Counted from the whole stretch's first letter, positions 1 to 12,090 are shown. The stretch: 63,999 bases of DNA, filler included, from Dirinaria sp. TL-2023a (GCA_051941275.1; 21 parts of 21 records of this genome joined end to end with filler, not necessarily neighbours in it), one strand, 5' to 3'. Notes: a model not told the origin generated them from the letters alone. Made by a program: numbers and translations.

Positions 1-3000
1 CAGAATCTTCGATCCCTGAGATTGAAATCCTCAGATTCGAGATCAAGACAAGACTTGGAAACGTCCATGTTTCTCAATCAAAAAATTCAATTGAGCGCAC
101 AGGAAAAATATTTTTTCTCGATTGCGAATCTGAAGAAAGAAGCAAAAGAGACGAGGGTCTCTCGAGGATCGATATCGTCGACAATAATCATCGAATTGTT
201 CAAGAATTTGGAAGAAGAAAGTTTTGTCAAATTGGGCTTCGCAGAGTCATTGTTTCGTTTCTACATAGCCGTACTCGTTAGAGTCAGGGCTAACTACAGT
301 ATCAATTCCAAACTCAAATTACAATGGATGACAACAAGCACGAATGCAATCAGAGAACTCGCTACTCAGTACTCATCGAAAAAGAGCCGTCTCTTTTGAT
401 GCTATCTAAACTCAAAAAGGATCAAATAAAAACTTCTAAATCTCAGCTCAAGAATTATCTAGCTCACGCAGAGTTAATTCGGGGATAGAATCGTCGCCTT
501 CTCGATGATAATATGATTCCTGACAGAAAACATGGAAAACAGAATGCAATATACTATAGATCTGGGTTTTCAAAGAATTCTCAACTCTAAAATCCTCTTT
601 AAGCTACTGACGAACGAGTCAAATGCAATTATTCGAAAAGAATTTACTTGATATCACTGAGGAAAATCGATTCAAAAGCTCAATGAGTTCTTTTCTTGAT
701 GCATTTTATCATTCTTGAATTTACTAATTTCTCAGAATCAAGATAATCTTCGATTCGTAAAATCGAGATTCTCGAATTCAAGGTCAAGACAAGACTTGAA
801 AACATCCACTGTTTCGCAACTCAATAAATTCAAGCAAATGCACATGGAAAAAGACTTTATTCTCGATCTTGTATCGATTGAAACAAATCAATTTACTCGG
901 ATCATGATCTGAATCTGAAAAGAAACGAGCGTTTTTCGAGACTTGATTTCGTTGACAAAAATTCGTATCAATGCGAAAATCACTAACTTTTCAAGTATCT
1001 TAAAGAAAGAAGAAGTTCTCATCAGATTGAGCTTATTATTCAGAGCAATTGTTTCCTTTCTATCTGACGATACTCTAGAAAGATGGAGTTGCAATCTCAA
1101 TTCCAAAGTCAAATTACAAAGAGTAGCAGAGAGCATGGATGCGATAATAACTTGCTTCTAACATTGGAATCAAAAATCCAGTCACTCAACTCTTTTTGAG
1201 CCCTCGTCGTCACATGCAAAAACTTGACAAGAATCTATCTAACTCAACTCAGAGTAGCGATTCGAAAATCCAAGAAGTTCAATTTCTTATTCCACTGCAT
1301 TCTCAGGATCTCAATGATCTTCGATTCATCAGAGCTCGACTCACAGTTCAAGATCTCAAAAAGAAACATCCTAAAAGACTCGCATTTTACAATTCAAGAA
1401 ATTCAATCGAGTTCGCACGAGAAAAAAACTTTATTCTCGATCTTGTATCTATCAAACACTCAAGAGATTCTTTTAAACTTAAATCAAGAGAGTTAACTCG
1501 GACGATTTAACTGAATCTGAAAAGAAAAACAAAATCACGAGCGTTTGTCAGAAACAGCTTTTATCGACAACACACTCGTCAATGCGAAAATCGAGAATCT
1601 TTCAAAGAAAGAAGAATTTGCAGTCAAATTGGACTTCGTATCTAGAGCAAAGGTTCCGTTCCTATCTGACGATACCCGAGAAAAATTGCATTCCCAACCT
1701 TTTTATTTCTTGCTTTATTGCATCCAAAAGATGTTTCTTATGTTCTGGCTCCAATAAGAGTTGCGAGAAGGTGAGTTCTACTGGGGCTTACGCTGGCTCT
1801 GCTGCATGATTGCCACTGGCTAACTGCTGTACTATAGATTGCGGTAGAATACTTCGAAAGGGGCAAATGTCCTTCTGACTGGGATAAAGAAATTGGGGTA
1901 CGATGATGAAACTCCGGAAGATCCGAGGACAACTAAGAATGAAGAGTACGAAGAGCCGAACGAGTGCTTGCTACTCACCGAAAAAGAGCTGTCTCTTTTA
2001 TGCTATATGGATCCAAAAGGGGACACCAAATAAAAGCTCCTAAATCTCGACATGTGGACGCCCTAGCGCAGAAAGAGTTAATTCGAGAATAGAAGGCGCT
2101 GCCTTCTCGATGATAATATGGCTCCTGACAGGAAACATCAAAAACAGATCGCAATCTGCTATAGGCAGCAGATAGATAAGGTTTAAGAATCTGGGTTCCC
2201 AAAGAATTCTCAACTCTAGAATCCTCTATAATCTACTAACGACGAACGAATGAACAAAAACCGCTCGTTATCACATGCAAAATCTTCGAAAAAATTGGAG
2301 AAAACAACTCGAAAGTTAAATAAGTTCAATTTATCATTTTATTGAACTCTTAAAATTAAGACAACTTTCGATCCGAGATCAAAGCAGGACTTGAAAAGGT
2401 TCATGTCTCACATATTTGATAAATTCAATTATCTGTACAAAAAAAATCTCTATCCTCGATCTTGTATCGATTGGAGACTCGAGGAATTCTTGATTAAATC
2501 AATTGAATACTTAAGAGACTCTTGAACTTAACTCAAACGAATTCGCTCAAACAACTTAACTGAGTTTAAATAAGTCAAAAAACACGATCGATCTCGAGAA
2601 CAATTTTGTCGACGATACACACGTCAATGCGGAAATCGTGAATCTTTTAAAGAAATCAAAAAAATCTCGTTAAAGCGGACTTGAAATTCGAACTTCGAAG
2701 CACGACTTTAATTGGCTGTAGACAATATTCGAGAAAGACGGAGCTGGGATATCAGACTCAAAATCGAACAGGAAAAAACGACAATTTTTTCGAAAAGACT
2801 TTACTTAATAATTAATACAATCGAAATTCGAAAGTCAAAAACGTTCATTTTCTTTACTCAATTCTCAAAATCAAGATAAATTTCGATTCGAGATCAAAGC
2901 AAGACTTGGCAAAGTCTATATCTCGCGATTTAATTAATTCAATCGAATGTACGAAAAAAGAAATCTCTATTCTCGATCTTGTATCAATTGAATACTCAAG

Positions 3001-3018
3001 AGATTTTTGAGCTTAAAT
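1..3018. repeat. Degenerate AT-rich tandem/interspersed repeat with C->T hypermutation
   Basis: The motif tctcag(a/g)atc(a)agataatcttcgattc...agatcaa..caagacttgaaa..gtcca recurs near 1-70, 730-810, 1300-1380, 2350-2410 and 2865-2920; block 470-600 recurs at 2075-2225. CC/GG are scarce and TCGA abundant. Confidence 0.8.
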
Positions 3019-3118
3019 NNNNNNNNNNNNNNNNNNNNNNNNNNNNNNNNNNNNNNNNNNNNTTAATTAATTAANNNNNNNNNNNNNNNNNNNNNNNNNN
3101 NNNNNNNNNNNNNNNNNN
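3019..3118. other. Artificial contig-joining spacer (N44-TTAATTAATTAA-N44), first of 20
   Basis: Identical 100-nt linker with stops in all six frames; repeats at 6136, 9253, 12360, 15467, 18563, 21652, 24739, 27824, 30904, 33981, 37056, 40118, 43179, 46239, 49296, 52346, 55395, 58428, 61461. Contig lengths fall from about 3018 to about 2933. Confidence 0.98.
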
Positions 3119-4441
3119 TGTGAGCACCCTAATGGAGGAACTTCTTCTACCGTGCGGGCGCCGGGTAGCTCATCTGATCAGGGCTGGCTCTTGAAACTGA
3201 TCGGTATCAGGGCTCAGTCAGAGTTCAGCTTTGACTAGTCATGCCGCTAGGCTAACCGCCATATAATTACATGTAATCTGAAATCTCTGCCATACCCTAT
3301 TTTGCGAAAATAATACTCCATGATTGTCACCTATTGCATGTATTCTGACACCGGCTACTCTTCTAGTATGGCAAATTATTCTCGCCACCACTTCATCACG
3401 ATTGTACCGCACAAACCGTCCGTCACGATTTCAGCCAAAATCGCCAATATTCAGCACTAGCAACCACTTGACTGTTTCCTCCCCATTATCCACAATCCAT
3501 CAGATCCAAATGTTCTGAGCATAGTCTGGCTGTTTTGCCAATACATATAAATTATCTGAAATCAGTCTTGTCGCTTTGAAAAGAGTCGCCGAGATCTCAC
3601 GAAAGCAACTTTAGGATCTAGATAAGGGTTTTTCTACCTCCATGATATCGTTGTGGAATTCGTGATGTCTTGAAGAATCTAAGAATAAGTCAAGCTGAAT
3701 ATGGCTGATCGATTCTCTAACTACAAGTAGCAAATACATTGGTCGAGCTTCCACGATCTCACTGAAAAAAGATTACGCAAGTCATGGCTAACAAGAAAGA
3801 GACTTAACCTGAATTTGCCAGAAGCTTTGATTATGCATCTGCTGCCTTGAATGACTGCATTACTCAGTTGACTTTACTTCTCTTCTTGTGATTGAAGCTC
3901 AAATTCAAGGGTTTGAGTTGTATTCCTTGCGTCAAATGCTGATAGATCGTACGCAATAGTAACCCAAATTTCTTACGATATCTTGATGATGATTGTTGGT
4001 TCCTGATGTCGGATTGAATACATGGTGGCACTGATAACACTTGAGAGCCAATGTTGAAGAGCATTGAGGAATCACAGCAATATCGGTTGTTTGAGACATG
4101 ACCGCCTGTTCTGACTGTCAGTGACCATCATGACGCAGCCCACTAATAAATCGAGGTAAGTACTTTGCCGCTATGGTAGAGCTTTGACTTACTCAAGAAC
4201 TTTTCTAAGACAAAGATCGAAAGACAGCGCTGAAAACAACTCAACTTTTCAATCGCGAACGTAATGCCCTCGTATCTCAAGCTGAATCAAAGGTCTAGAA
4301 TCAAGGAAGAAAGCATCACTAAACGTCGTAAATGGAAGCTCTCACAAGCATTCAGAACGTGACATCCGCTCTTCAACACAAAAGAGGACGGAGGCCCACA
4401 GTTTTTCGGGGCAGATCACTTTCTGAACAGTTTGGATCAGA

Positions 4442-5296
4442 ATGAAAACTTCCTATCAGATAATCGCGGTTTGGTCACTAGCGACACTGATAGCCGCAAC
4501 CCCATTAGACTATATATCGGTCGCTGCTCTGACTGTTAGTCTCGGGGAAACGCATTCAATCATATGTGCCTGTTCAGCAACGCATGTTCTAGAAAGCAAA
4601 AATGCCGTTTCTATCATCACAATCACTGTCAGAAAAACGATTTCTGTTCCAGCTTTAAGTAGAGTTTCAATCACAAGCGTTCCAGAACCTGAGAGCGCTG
4701 CGACTACGGATGAGTCAAAGGACTACATGACAATCGTCATATTCAATGCGTACGGTAAATTCTTGTCTCTTTCCTTTGCTTCAAATGCTGGCGGCCCGTC
4801 TCCGATAAATAATCCTTCCGCCACTACAATCCTTGATAATGCCTTCACTCAGTATGCTTTCCCAACTGGTTGGGCAGAAAGGGTATACGTGGGCCCTAAT
4901 TTTAATCCTGAGGGTAGTAAGATTGAAGACAGCTATACTGATCCACCTGATATCGATGTCAGCTATGTCGATGGCTATTTCGTATCAATAACCTGCTCCT
5001 TCGAAGGAATTGCAGTGTTCGGTTGCAACATTGATCTATTTCAGCAATCCAGCATCTCATGTGATGATCAAGTCGAAGGTTCTGTCTGCTTAAATTCGGC
5101 TCAGAATCTTGTCAACGGACCTGCTCCACCCTTCTTCGCGGCCTGCGAGGGGGCAGCATACATCTATTCAAACGACAACGAGGTCAATGTCAGCAATCTC
5201 AAGAGTACTATGATCTCTTGCTGCATCGATACGTTGTGTAATGCACCTTCACGACAACTCAAAAAAGATAGAACACCGCACGATGCAGGTACGTGA
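4442..5296 (+). CDS. Secreted thaumatin/osmotin-like protein, carrying many CpC-type substitutions (possibly non-functional)
   Basis: Signal peptide MKTSYQIIAVWSLATLIAA; thaumatin-like motifs FPTGWA(E)RVYVG, DVSYVDGY(F)V(S)ITC, CEGAAY(I)Y(S)NDN, SCCI(D)T. Confidence 0.75.
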   Translation: MKTSYQIIAVWSLATLIAATPLDYISVAALTVSLGETHSIICACSATHVLESKNAVSIITITVRKTISVPALSRVSITSVPEPESAATTDESKDYMTIVIFNAYGKFLSLSFASNAGGPSPINNPSATTILDNAFTQYAFPTGWAERVYVGPNFNPEGSKIEDSYTDPPDIDVSYVDGYFVSITCSFEGIAVFGCNIDLFQQSSISCDDQVEGSVCLNSAQNLVNGPAPPFFAACEGAAYIYSNDNEVNVSNLKSTMISCCIDTLCNAPSRQLKKDRTPHDAGT

Positions 5297-7996
5297 ATCA
5301 CGAATGTAAAATCACAATTTTGCAGGAGGATCCTGCCATCGTGTAGACAATGGAACAGCTGTCACTCGCGGCGATATACTATAAAGAGATCGGACAAGCT
5401 ATCAGCTTCTGATACGTCGCTGATTGATGCACGCTGAGCGGATCATATTATCTTGTGAAAAGGCTGACTCGTATAGGAAAACAGTTTTGATTTACCTGAA
5501 CAGAGCGACGACCGAAAACGTTGATGGTCACCGAAGTCTTCCAGTGTGAACTAGTTACTGCTTTCAAAACGAAGCAAAAGACGTTTTATCCTGTTAATAA
5601 GCTGCGAAACGTGCTTAATCGCCGGATTTGAATAAATTGATTGATACACATGATGTGCTGGTTCTTGATTCGTTCTATCATCTTGCGCTCGTATCATTTT
5701 CAAAGGACTCACTATTCAGTAATCGACATCTAGCCTCAAACATGACCTAAGTTATACCACGGCATATGATGGTTCAGCCATCGCTGCAGAGCTAGCAGCA
5801 TTTACTCTCGCGGATCTACGTAGCTCATACAATTGGCAAACTAAGATACGCAGTCTGCTAATAAAGTCAAGAGTACTACACCTGTGATAGTGCACTAATC
5901 GATTGAGGATGGATATTGTGACGATTACGATTAGAATCGTATCAATGATGAAGCAATGAACTATTAACACGTTGATCTCACACTCATGATAATCATCATG
6001 AGGATAAAAAGCGCGGTCACCGACGGAAATGTGTAACATTTTCAATCGGCAAAGTGGGTTCATAATGATTTCCTGCGATTGCGTCAATTAGCCTTGAGGG
6101 CCATGACAATTTCAAAAGCTTCACTTGTTCAGGTTNNNNNNNNNNNNNNNNNNNNNNNNNNNNNNNNNNNNNNNNNNNNTTAATTAATTAANNNNNNNNN
6201 NNNNNNNNNNNNNNNNNNNNNNNNNNNNNNNNNNNAAGACGGGAAGGAGAAGCCGAGAGGGCGGTCTGATATGTTGGTGATCAGGTTCGCACTGCAAAGC
6301 TCGGTGGCTTTTGTTGTCTGTCTATTCAACATTTCGCAAAATGTGTTCTCACATTCGTACACCTAATGGACTCTGCTCATTATTAGCAGTAAACCACGAA
6401 ATCTCATCATATGACAATGGCTGAGAGGCTGCAGCCCAGTAAGGGCATCTTGATTGCTGACGACGAGAGCTTTAAACCTGATCTGGATAGGCCCGACTTA
6501 CCTCGGTAGAATTGTTCGGGTTCAACCCCTTCAGGCGAAGGTCCGAAATCAGCCCTACAGGGCTGCCAGTATGTACTCATCGTAGTTGCTTACCTTACTT
6601 AGGCGACCCAACTTCAGCTCGGCACCGTCTATCGCTAGAGAGGAGTGATCGTCTATATCTACTTTATGTTCACAGAACGCAAGATACTAGACTATTATCG
6701 AACGACACTGGCCTCAGATACCACCCTGTATTCAGGCAACTGGAAGTATTTTCGTCCCAAGATATTCATACACTGTTAAAGGCCACGTGTCAATTCTCCG
6801 TGAGATCAGTGGGTCGCTCTTCTCGTTCCCAACCATGTTCATTAAACGGTATACCCTGGACAACCAACCAGTTCATGCGCTGGATCGCCCTTACTAAGCC
6901 TCCGGATGGCATCCACATCTCTGACCGACAGAGCTGAAAGGACCGATTGAGTGGAGCAATAATATGAGTGGGCCACGGAGCTGAGGGATTGGAGTCAGCT
7001 AATAGGAAGCCTCCTTTAAGCGCGCGTGCGCACTCTCGGCGGAGCTGGAGTTGACTCAGCAGCTCTCACTCTCCTTCTAGCTACTACTAGATACCGTCAT
7101 GGTTTTTTGGCCCCAAGGTGAGTACCTGACATCTCACATCTTACCTGAGGCTGCCCAGAACGGGTTTCATTCTCTCGGGCCGCGTTTCGTGCATTATTGC
7201 ATTAGCGCGCATAAGATATTGCATGTCAATGTGTCATGCATGTCTCGTACTGAGCCTCCACGTTCACGTACATCCAACGGTTCCTTGGATGAGCACCAGA
7301 GGAAGCAGCGCCTTTTTACTTGATCATCTGGTATAACTTCTCGCCTCGCAATTATTGATCACATTGAAAGCCATTGAAAGCCACCATAAGCCAAGGCGCA
7401 GGACTTTGACATGTGTTCAGGCTGAAAGCCTCCACTTCATCCGGAGATATGAGGAGACCAGGTGGAGACGGCTGGCAGCGTAGCATCGGCCCTGGATCAA
7501 CTACTGCTACAGACACTTCCAGAACGGTCACTCTCTCGTTCAGCCGTTGTACCACGACGGGATGGAGAAGGAATCTGGAAACTGGAATCAGTAGATTTTA
7601 CGTAAAGTTCGAGTACAGTCAGCGAAGGTGTAACGTTGGCTTGGTGTTCACCAAGGCAGAAAGTGAAGGTGTCGCTCACATGGAGGTCGTAGCGGTGAAT
7701 ATCACTTACTCACTTACTCACTAAGCCCATGGCATGATGATGGCAACCCCACAGTGAAATGAAACCCCTGAAGCCCTGAACCGGAAGCCGAAAGGAGCCG
7801 GACGCCGAGAACATACTTGAATGAAACATATTTAAATGATACAGCAATCCCCAGGAAACAGGAAAGAAAAGAGATAGTAGGCAACGCCGAGCTGCAAATA
7901 CGAGCAGCTCCAGCCCAAGTCACTCACTCACTCAATCTCCCTCAATCTTCAACCACCTCACTCTTTCCATTCCTGATCCCAAACAATCACTTCAAG

Positions 7997-8946
7997 ATGC
8001 TCGCCAACACCGCATTCTGTGTTTTCCTGCTCTCAGCACTATCAAGTATGGTTCCTCCTCCCCCCTCTACAATGAGCACAACAATCTCGTGATTCCACCT
8101 GCTGACCGCACCCCCGCAGATGTCTTAGCATCGCCTCTCTCGTCCCCTCTGACCAATCGCCAAATATCCTGCCCCCCAGGCCTTCAGTGTGGCCACGGCC
8201 CCGTCTGCACCATTGAAACCTGCGATCTTGAAGGGTGTGCCGATGCCGAGGTCTGTCAGGAGAGCCACAAGAAACGACAATTGGGATGCCCTCCTGGCGT
8301 TCCATGTGGACATGGCCCAGTCTGCACCATTGACACCTGCGACCTCGAAGGCTGTGCCGATGCAGAAGTCTGCCAGGACAGTAAAGAGAAGCGCCAAATC
8401 TCCTGTCCCCCCGGCGTCCACTGCGGGCCAGGGCCCGTCTGCACTGCCGCCACGTGCAATCTCGCCGGATGCGCCAACGCCAAAGTCTGCCAGAAGAGCA
8501 ACAGCAAACGGCAATTCGAATGCCCGCCTGGCACCGACTGTGGCCACGGCCCCGTCTGTACGGCAGAGCTGTGCAACCTCCCGGGGTGCGCCAACGCCGA
8601 TGTCTGCACCGGCACAGTTGACAAGCGAAGCGACAGCGTCGCTCCAACGTGCGATATCTGCATCAAAGAACCCGATGGCCAGATCGTCTGCGGCTGCACC
8701 ACGACTCTTCCTCCTCCTGCTCATCCCGCCCCGCAGCAGCTGAAGCAGCGCGAAGCGAAAATCTGCCCCCAGTACTGTATCGTCACCGCCGACGGGGAAT
8801 ACAAATGCGGGTGCGCGGCCGAACCGAAACTGGAGCGCCGTGAGCCGAGGGTTTGTCCGCTGTATTGCATCACGACGGACGAGGGGCAGGAGCTGTGCGG
8901 GTGCGCGGCGCAGGATTATCTCAAGTCTCATCCGGGCTCTGGGTGA
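7997..8946 (+). CDS. Secreted Kex2-processed Cys-rich repeat polyprotein; join(7997..8045,8120..8946)
   Basis: ATG 7997; intron GTATGG(8046)..GCTGAC..CAG(8119) splices in frame, giving MLANTAFCVFLLSALSNVLASP. Then four 6-Cys repeats separated by KR and three 4-Cys modules. Confidence 0.85.
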
Positions 8947-9212
8947 GTTGATATCACACGCCTTGCAAGATAGCAGGGACTGGGTGCATGGGATGGGGAT
9001 ACTTCATAGTATGCGCTGTCGAGACAGAAATGGTAGTCAGTTACATCTACTTGAGTTGCTGGAGCTATGAGGAGTTTTAAGGGGGCTGTCAATATCCTAC
9101 ATTGACATCAACGCTGGCCTTTTAACCCTTTCCTTTCCTTTCCTGCCCCCCTTCTCCCACAATACCACTCGGCACTTGTGGATCAAACACGCCCGTATCT
9201 CCGATCTATGGG

Positions 9213-9250
<38 letters not shown>
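9213..9250 (+). repeat. Poly-A homopolymer at contig end
   Basis: About 38 consecutive A just before the spacer; likely cause of the assembly break. Confidence 0.9.
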
Positions 9251-9252
<2 letters not shown>

Positions 9253-9352
9253 NNNNNNNNNNNNNNNNNNNNNNNNNNNNNNNNNNNNNNNNNNNNTTAA
9301 TTAATTAANNNNNNNNNNNNNNNNNNNNNNNNNNNNNNNNNNNNNNNNNNNN

Positions 9353-10095
9353 CCTCCACCACCGCCTCCAGTACCGGCGCCGAGCCCATCCATTGCACCT
9401 CCACCCTGCCCTTGCATCTCCTGCATCATATCCCTTAGAATATTCTCACTAACACCACCTCCACTCAACGCCGGCGAATGCAGCGGGAGTATAGACCCTA
9501 TTTTCCAACCTCTCGGCACGGCAGGTGGTGGTATTGGCTCTTTCGGCGGCGGCATCCCTTGGATCCTCAATCTCAACGGCGAATCGGCAGTCGTAGGATG
9601 CGCAAGCAAGTGCGACGAAATGAGATTATATAGATGATGTTTATTCTTGATCCTCGCTGCACCACCTCTCCTGTCTTTCAGCCCGACCCTGACCCTTCCC
9701 GGATTCGCCCAGTCCTTGGGATGCATCTTGCCCGGCTCGAACACCGTGTCCAGCCCCAGTCCCTGACACGCATCCACAATCTCCCGAGCTAATGGGTTCT
9801 GGACTGCTTTCTTCATCCCCACGCGCCGGCCCTCTGCTTTTGTTCTCGAGGCATCGAAATATACAGGGTAAATGCATGCGTAGGATTTATGTCGTTCGGT
9901 GTCTGCGGCCGAGGGCGCGCGGAACTGGGGGTTTAGTTGCTCTGGGAGGTTTTGCGGGTTGAATAGGGTTGGGTTTTGAGATGAGGATGGGGGAGGTTGT
10001 CGCTGTGTGAGTTGTGGGATTAGGTCGGATGGGTCTTGCTCCGGGGGATCGGAGTCTGTGTCAGAGAGCTCTTCGATGCGGGCGTGGTGAGACAT
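9353..10095 (-). CDS. SEC65: Signal recognition particle subunit Sec65/SRP19 (3'-truncated by contig end)
   Basis: MSHHARIEE start; CIYPVYFDASRTKAEGRRV, EPGKMHPKDWANPGRVRV and ILPLHSPALSGGGVSEN are typical fungal Sec65 motifs. Confidence 0.92.
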
Positions 10096-10393
10096 TTTAA
10101 TATTGGGTTTCTGGTTCTTGAGAAGTTGGGAGTGTACTTACAACGTACAAATCTTAAGGCAATTCGATGAAGGTGATATGTTATAGGTTCTAGGGTTCGT
10201 CAAGGGCTTGAAGTAAATACATTTCCGGACTTCATTCCCGCATTTCAGTGACGACATCATCAGTCCTCGAAAAAATACATGAAGGTAAGCTAATAATCTT
10301 TCCTTGCGACTTTGATTTCGTATGTAGATCAGAAACTCATCACCAAAATTGTATCTACACTGTCTTCTACGCATCCTTGTCTTCCCATCAACC

Positions 10394-10693
10394 ATGTCCC
10401 GTCTCATCAATAGCTCCGCTCTCCGCGCTCTTCGTTCCTCCCAAACTCCTGCAATTCAAGTCCGACAATCTCGCTATTACCAAGTGCCGCACGAAACCAC
10501 TTTCGATCAAACGAAAAAGGGAAATGACCCCAAAGCAGAGGAAGATAAGAGTGCGAAGCCGCAGAGCAGCGATAAACCCGAATCGCACCCCATGAAGCAG
10601 CCAGATCCCCAGAAACCCCCCAGCAGCTCCACGGGCATTGAGACGGAAGGGCCAGGGGGATCGAAAGCTGGGAAGGGGAAAGGCGGAAGCTGA
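10394..10693 (+). CDS. Small hypothetical protein (99 aa), probably mitochondrially targeted
   Basis: ACC-ATG context; Arg/Ser-rich acid-free presequence MSRLINSSALRALRSSQTPAIQVRQSRYY, then a hydrophilic tail; divergent from SEC65 across about 300 bp. Confidence 0.6.
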   Translation: MSRLINSSALRALRSSQTPAIQVRQSRYYQVPHETTFDQTKKGNDPKAEEDKSAKPQSSDKPESHPMKQPDPQKPPSSSTGIETEGPGGSKAGKGKGGS

Positions 10694-11802
10694 GGCTAAA
10701 TCGAGGAGTAAGTCGAGAAATGTCTTGGGGAAGGGTATGTTGAATAAAGGCTCATGTATTCGAAAGCGAATGGCAGTAAAGCACTTTGCTTGGATTTTCT
10801 TCACGGTGCTGTCTGGTTGTAGAGTAGTCGACAAAGAAATCCGAATTGCTATTAGATGTATTGACTATTTTTCGTTGGATGTATTTGCCTGTCACTGAAG
10901 GGTTGAGTCGTAGCGACTCCTTTTTGAAACCGAGAGCTGTTTCACACGTGGCAGTGAAAGAAATAGAGATCTTGATCAAAGATATATCCTTTAAGCGAGG
11001 AGAATGCTTTGAGAGAAATCCAGATCATCATCATTCAGGGGGTTCAGAGGTAATGTTGGAGCTAGTCCTACCACACGGCGGAGCGGAACACTTCCAACTC
11101 ATAGCACCAATAACTAATTTCACCTTCTGCCAAGCACGGGTACAAGTACTGAAGAGCTCCAAATTTCGGTCAAGTCCCTCAGCAGCTCCAGCTCCAGGTA
11201 CATGGCATGATCCCTATCAAATCCCCGACGTTTTCAATCCAGCCGAGCTAGCGAGAATCTATAGCCATTGCTACGACTCATCACACCACGAATGCAAGTA
11301 CGCCTTCAGTGATCAACCGACTACTCCCGTCTATGAGAGTCAATTTTTAGGCTGGGACCAATCACCTTGATGCCTTTTACATTTCAAGCACCGATACCGG
11401 GCCTGTTGCAGTGTATTACAAGAAGATCCTTGAAGTGAGACGATCACACATGTACTGGCAAAAGAAACCTGAGTACAAAGGAATCTAGACAGCACAAGCT
11501 TTGATGATTATACCATTGATCACCACAATTCCTTCGCAAGAGGACTTGAACACAGGCAAAGTGAGATTTTTGTCATAAAGCAACGCCATCATCGTTCTCC
11601 ACGGGTTCTTGATTCCTGTATTGCCTGTTATTTATCATGAAATAATAGTTTTCACACAAGATGAGGCCCATTGCCACAATCTATGTTTGGTACTCATATA
11701 TCTCCTTCGAATAGAAAACTTTCGGATTAATGTACCCTCTTTGAAGAATCTCCAGTATCGCGTTGTATGCGGCCACGAGTGAAAAGCCACTAAGAAAATA
11801 CA

Positions 11803-12090
11803 ATGAAGACGCATGTACTTCCGCTTTTCCTCTCGAGCGTGGGTGCCAGCGCTCTCCCTCAATCTCTCACGAGGTTGGAAATTCCCGCGCTGGCTACCAT
11901 ATCTATCAACTCCCCAACAACATCAGCCATCCTCGAAAAGCGCTTATACCATTCGTGGATCGGTAATTTCGACAACGACAAAATTCCCGGCAAACATACA
12001 GGCTCTTCCTGACCGAAAGTCCCAAATTACCGCTGCGTTCCGTTCACACCGTCCAGCCGATTCTATGCCAGAGGTCAGATCGCAAGGTGA
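11803..12090 (+). pseudogene. Small secreted Kex2-site protein with premature in-frame stop
   Basis: MKTHVLPLFLSSVGASALP signal-like start, LEKR site, LYHSWIGNFDND; TGA at 12010-12012 followed by in-frame PKVPNYRCVPFTP. End coordinate approximate. Confidence 0.4.

Noticed and set aside
22..2202. Short ORFs in contig 1 as real genes
   Set aside because: Ser/Arg/Lys/Ile-biased products of hypermutated repeats; no recognisable domain.
6236..7900. Possible tailoring gene (e.g. DUF3328/UstYa) upstream of the Kex2 repeat precursor
   Set aside because: No HxxHC motif or coherent spliced ORF found; only short unsupported ORFs.
8042..8931. Long antisense and alternate-frame ORFs over the Cys-rich gene
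   Set aside because: Shadow ORFs of GC-rich repetitive coding sequence; no independent motifs.
10846..11370. 174-aa ORF downstream of the small mitochondrial protein gene
   Set aside because: No recognisable motif or clear gene structure; may be a decayed fragment.
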